This document shows, in pieces, positions 62,966-64,000 of a DNA stretch of 64,000 nucleotides. The position numbers and the translations under genes were made by a program. Each line of letters starts with the position of its first letter. Position 1 is the stretch's first letter. This DNA comes from Bacilli bacterium. Its GTDB lineage: Bacteria > Bacillota_I > Bacilli_A > RFN20 > CAG-826. The stretch is from contig JAFTDF010000004.1 in assembly GCA_017454295.1 (NCBI GenBank), positions 118,776 to 182,775 of the forward strand, written 5' to 3'. Under the pieces are notes generated by a model, which saw only the letters and a program-made list of their open reading frames with translations, was not told the DNA's origin and ran no database searches.

Positions 62966-63646
62966 ATGAAGTTTGGCCCCGTCTTTTTCATGATTGCGAT
63001 GCTCCCCTGCTTCGCTTCGTGCGATCAGCAAGAGACCACCACGATCATTTTGGCGCGGCATGGACAAACCCAAGCCAACGTAGATTCTATTCTTGCCGGA
63101 AGACGCCTCGACGCCACATTAACCGAGACTGGTATCGCCCAGGCAAAACGCCTTGGCCAAGCCTTATCTGCCCAAACGTTTTCCGCCTTTTATTGTTCGA
63201 CGCTTACCCGCACCTATGAAACCGGCAACTATGCCTTAGCAGCAATACCAAATCAGCCCACACTCGAAGCCACGAAACTAAGCGGTCTCGACGATGTCGA
63301 TTATGGCCAGGCAACTGGACTTACCGAAGCAGAAGCCGCCAAACAATTCGACGGAACTGGATTCCCTGCGGATTTCGGGCCGATCGATGATGCAAATTTC
63401 AAACCCAAGTTCACCGAAGAAAACACCTATCAATGGTTTGCTCGGTTCGAAGGCGCGTTAAAAGAAATCGGCGCCAAGGAAAAAGGACACCGGGTGCTTG
63501 TGGTAAGCCATGGCGCCTCTTACTATTGGGGGCAACTCCATTTCGGCGCCGATAAAGTTACGGGATTTGGCAATGCCGCTTATGCGGAAATCACATTCCG
63601 AAACGGGGAATTCTCACTCGTTTCGTGGCATAGCCAACTCAACTGA
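62966..63646 (+). CDS. exported histidine-phosphatase-superfamily (phosphoglycerate-mutase-like) lipoprotein
   Basis: Lipobox FASC followed by the catalytic RHGQT motif; VVSHG near the C-terminus. Confidence 0.65.
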   Translation: MKFGPVFFMIAMLPCFASCDQQETTTIILARHGQTQANVDSILAGRRLDATLTETGIAQAKRLGQALSAQTFSAFYCSTLTRTYETGNYALAAIPNQPTLEATKLSGLDDVDYGQATGLTEAEAAKQFDGTGFPADFGPIDDANFKPKFTEENTYQWFARFEGALKEIGAKEKGHRVLVVSHGASYYWGQLHFGADKVTGFGNAAYAEITFRNGEFSLVSWHSQLN

Positions 63647-63700
63647 CGATTTCATTGCGGCTCAACTGCTTTTTTCGCGTAATATTGATCGTCTTTATGG

Positions 63701-64000
63701 TTATCCGTAGACCTTAATTCCGTCCTTTAATACCTCACGAAGCAAATCTGGATTTCCGGCCAATGCCTCGACCCGCACCAAATCTATTTTTTTATGAAGA
63801 ACGTTGCGAATTCTTTCCGCCAAGCCGGCTACGCGAATGCCCGTCAAAGAAGTGCACAGACATAAATCTACATCACTTTCTGCGGTCGCGTATCCTTTGG
63901 CGTAGCTCCCAAACAAATAACAAAACTCTACTTCGTCGGGATACTCGGATTTGAACAAGGCGGCCAACTCTTGTTGAATGCGTTCGGGACTTAGAACGCC
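63701..64000 (-). CDS. MntA-type (Pol-beta-like) nucleotidyltransferase; N-terminus beyond the window
   Basis: CYLFGSYAKGYATAESDVDLCL matches the minimal nucleotidyltransferase GS-x9-13-D-x-D motif. The frame stays open to the window edge. Confidence 0.6.
   Translation of the reverse strand, partial: GVLSPERIQQELAALFKSEYPDEVEFCYLFGSYAKGYATAESDVDLCLCTSLTGIRVAGLAERIRNVLHKKIDLVRVEALAGNPDLLREVLKDGIKVYG

Noticed and set aside
63647-63700. Possible terminator after the histidine-phosphatase gene (GCGGCTCAACTGC then TTTTTT)
   Set aside because: The apparent stem is not self-complementary on inspection (CTCAACTG versus CAGTTGAG on the other strand). Only a T-run is present.
1-64000. CRISPR arrays, transposases, integrases, prophage structural genes
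   Set aside because: No regularly spaced direct repeats with unique spacers and no transposase or integrase-like ORF were seen. The only repeat family is the irregular palindromic unit around yhcG.

Overview
64 kb from a moderately GC-rich (about 50%) bacterial chromosome with Firmicutes-style signals (AGGAGG ribosome-binding sites, frequent ATGA start/stop couplings, CCA-encoded tRNAs). The left ~27 kb is mostly housekeeping. It holds a PRPP-centred nucleotide-salvage cluster (apt, upp, hpt, prs) and mtnN, M18 aminopeptidase and exonuclease III genes. It also holds a MacB/FtsX-type ABC transporter with a lipoprotein, a gpx-marR-CDF operon, a ZIP transporter, an acyl-ACP thioesterase, tRNA-Leu(CAA) and a DagK-like lipid kinase. 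Two operons of unknown role sit here: a translationally coupled small/small/large-membrane trio, and a four-gene operon alternating GT8 glycosyltransferases and PlsC-like acyltransferases. From about 27.8 kb to 59.4 kb the window is a large cell-surface glycan island next to tRNA-Arg/tRNA-Leu. It starts with an O-antigen-ligase-like gene, an alpha/beta hydrolase, a GH3 beta-glucosidase, msrA, and a gmhA/hddA-like heptose module with gpmA embedded. It continues with a CDP-3,6-dideoxyhexose core (rfbF, rfbG, rfbH/E1), a Wzx-like flippase and an SDR reductase. The most unusual part is a coupled operon of a divergent rfbF paralogue, a 588-aa protein with an HprK-type P-loop kinase domain, a YerE/acetolactate-synthase-like ThDP enzyme, an HMGL-like aldolase and a HAD phosphatase. 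This is consistent with a CDP-activated branched-chain (yersiniose-like) or otherwise undescribed sugar pathway. It is followed by GT-C-like membrane proteins, a GtrB-like GT2, and duplicated acyltransferase-3 / GLUG-motif / DUF2029-like genes. The right end has an aminotransferase, a family of palindrome-containing repeats that are decayed copies of a piece of a yhcG (DUF1016 PD-(D/E)xK) gene, and a partial MntA-like nucleotidyltransferase. No CRISPR array or obvious transposase was seen. I could not keep nucleotide indexing exact in a few places, so hand-placed RNA, terminator and repeat coordinates may be off by 1-2 nt. CDS ends follow the supplied ORF track.
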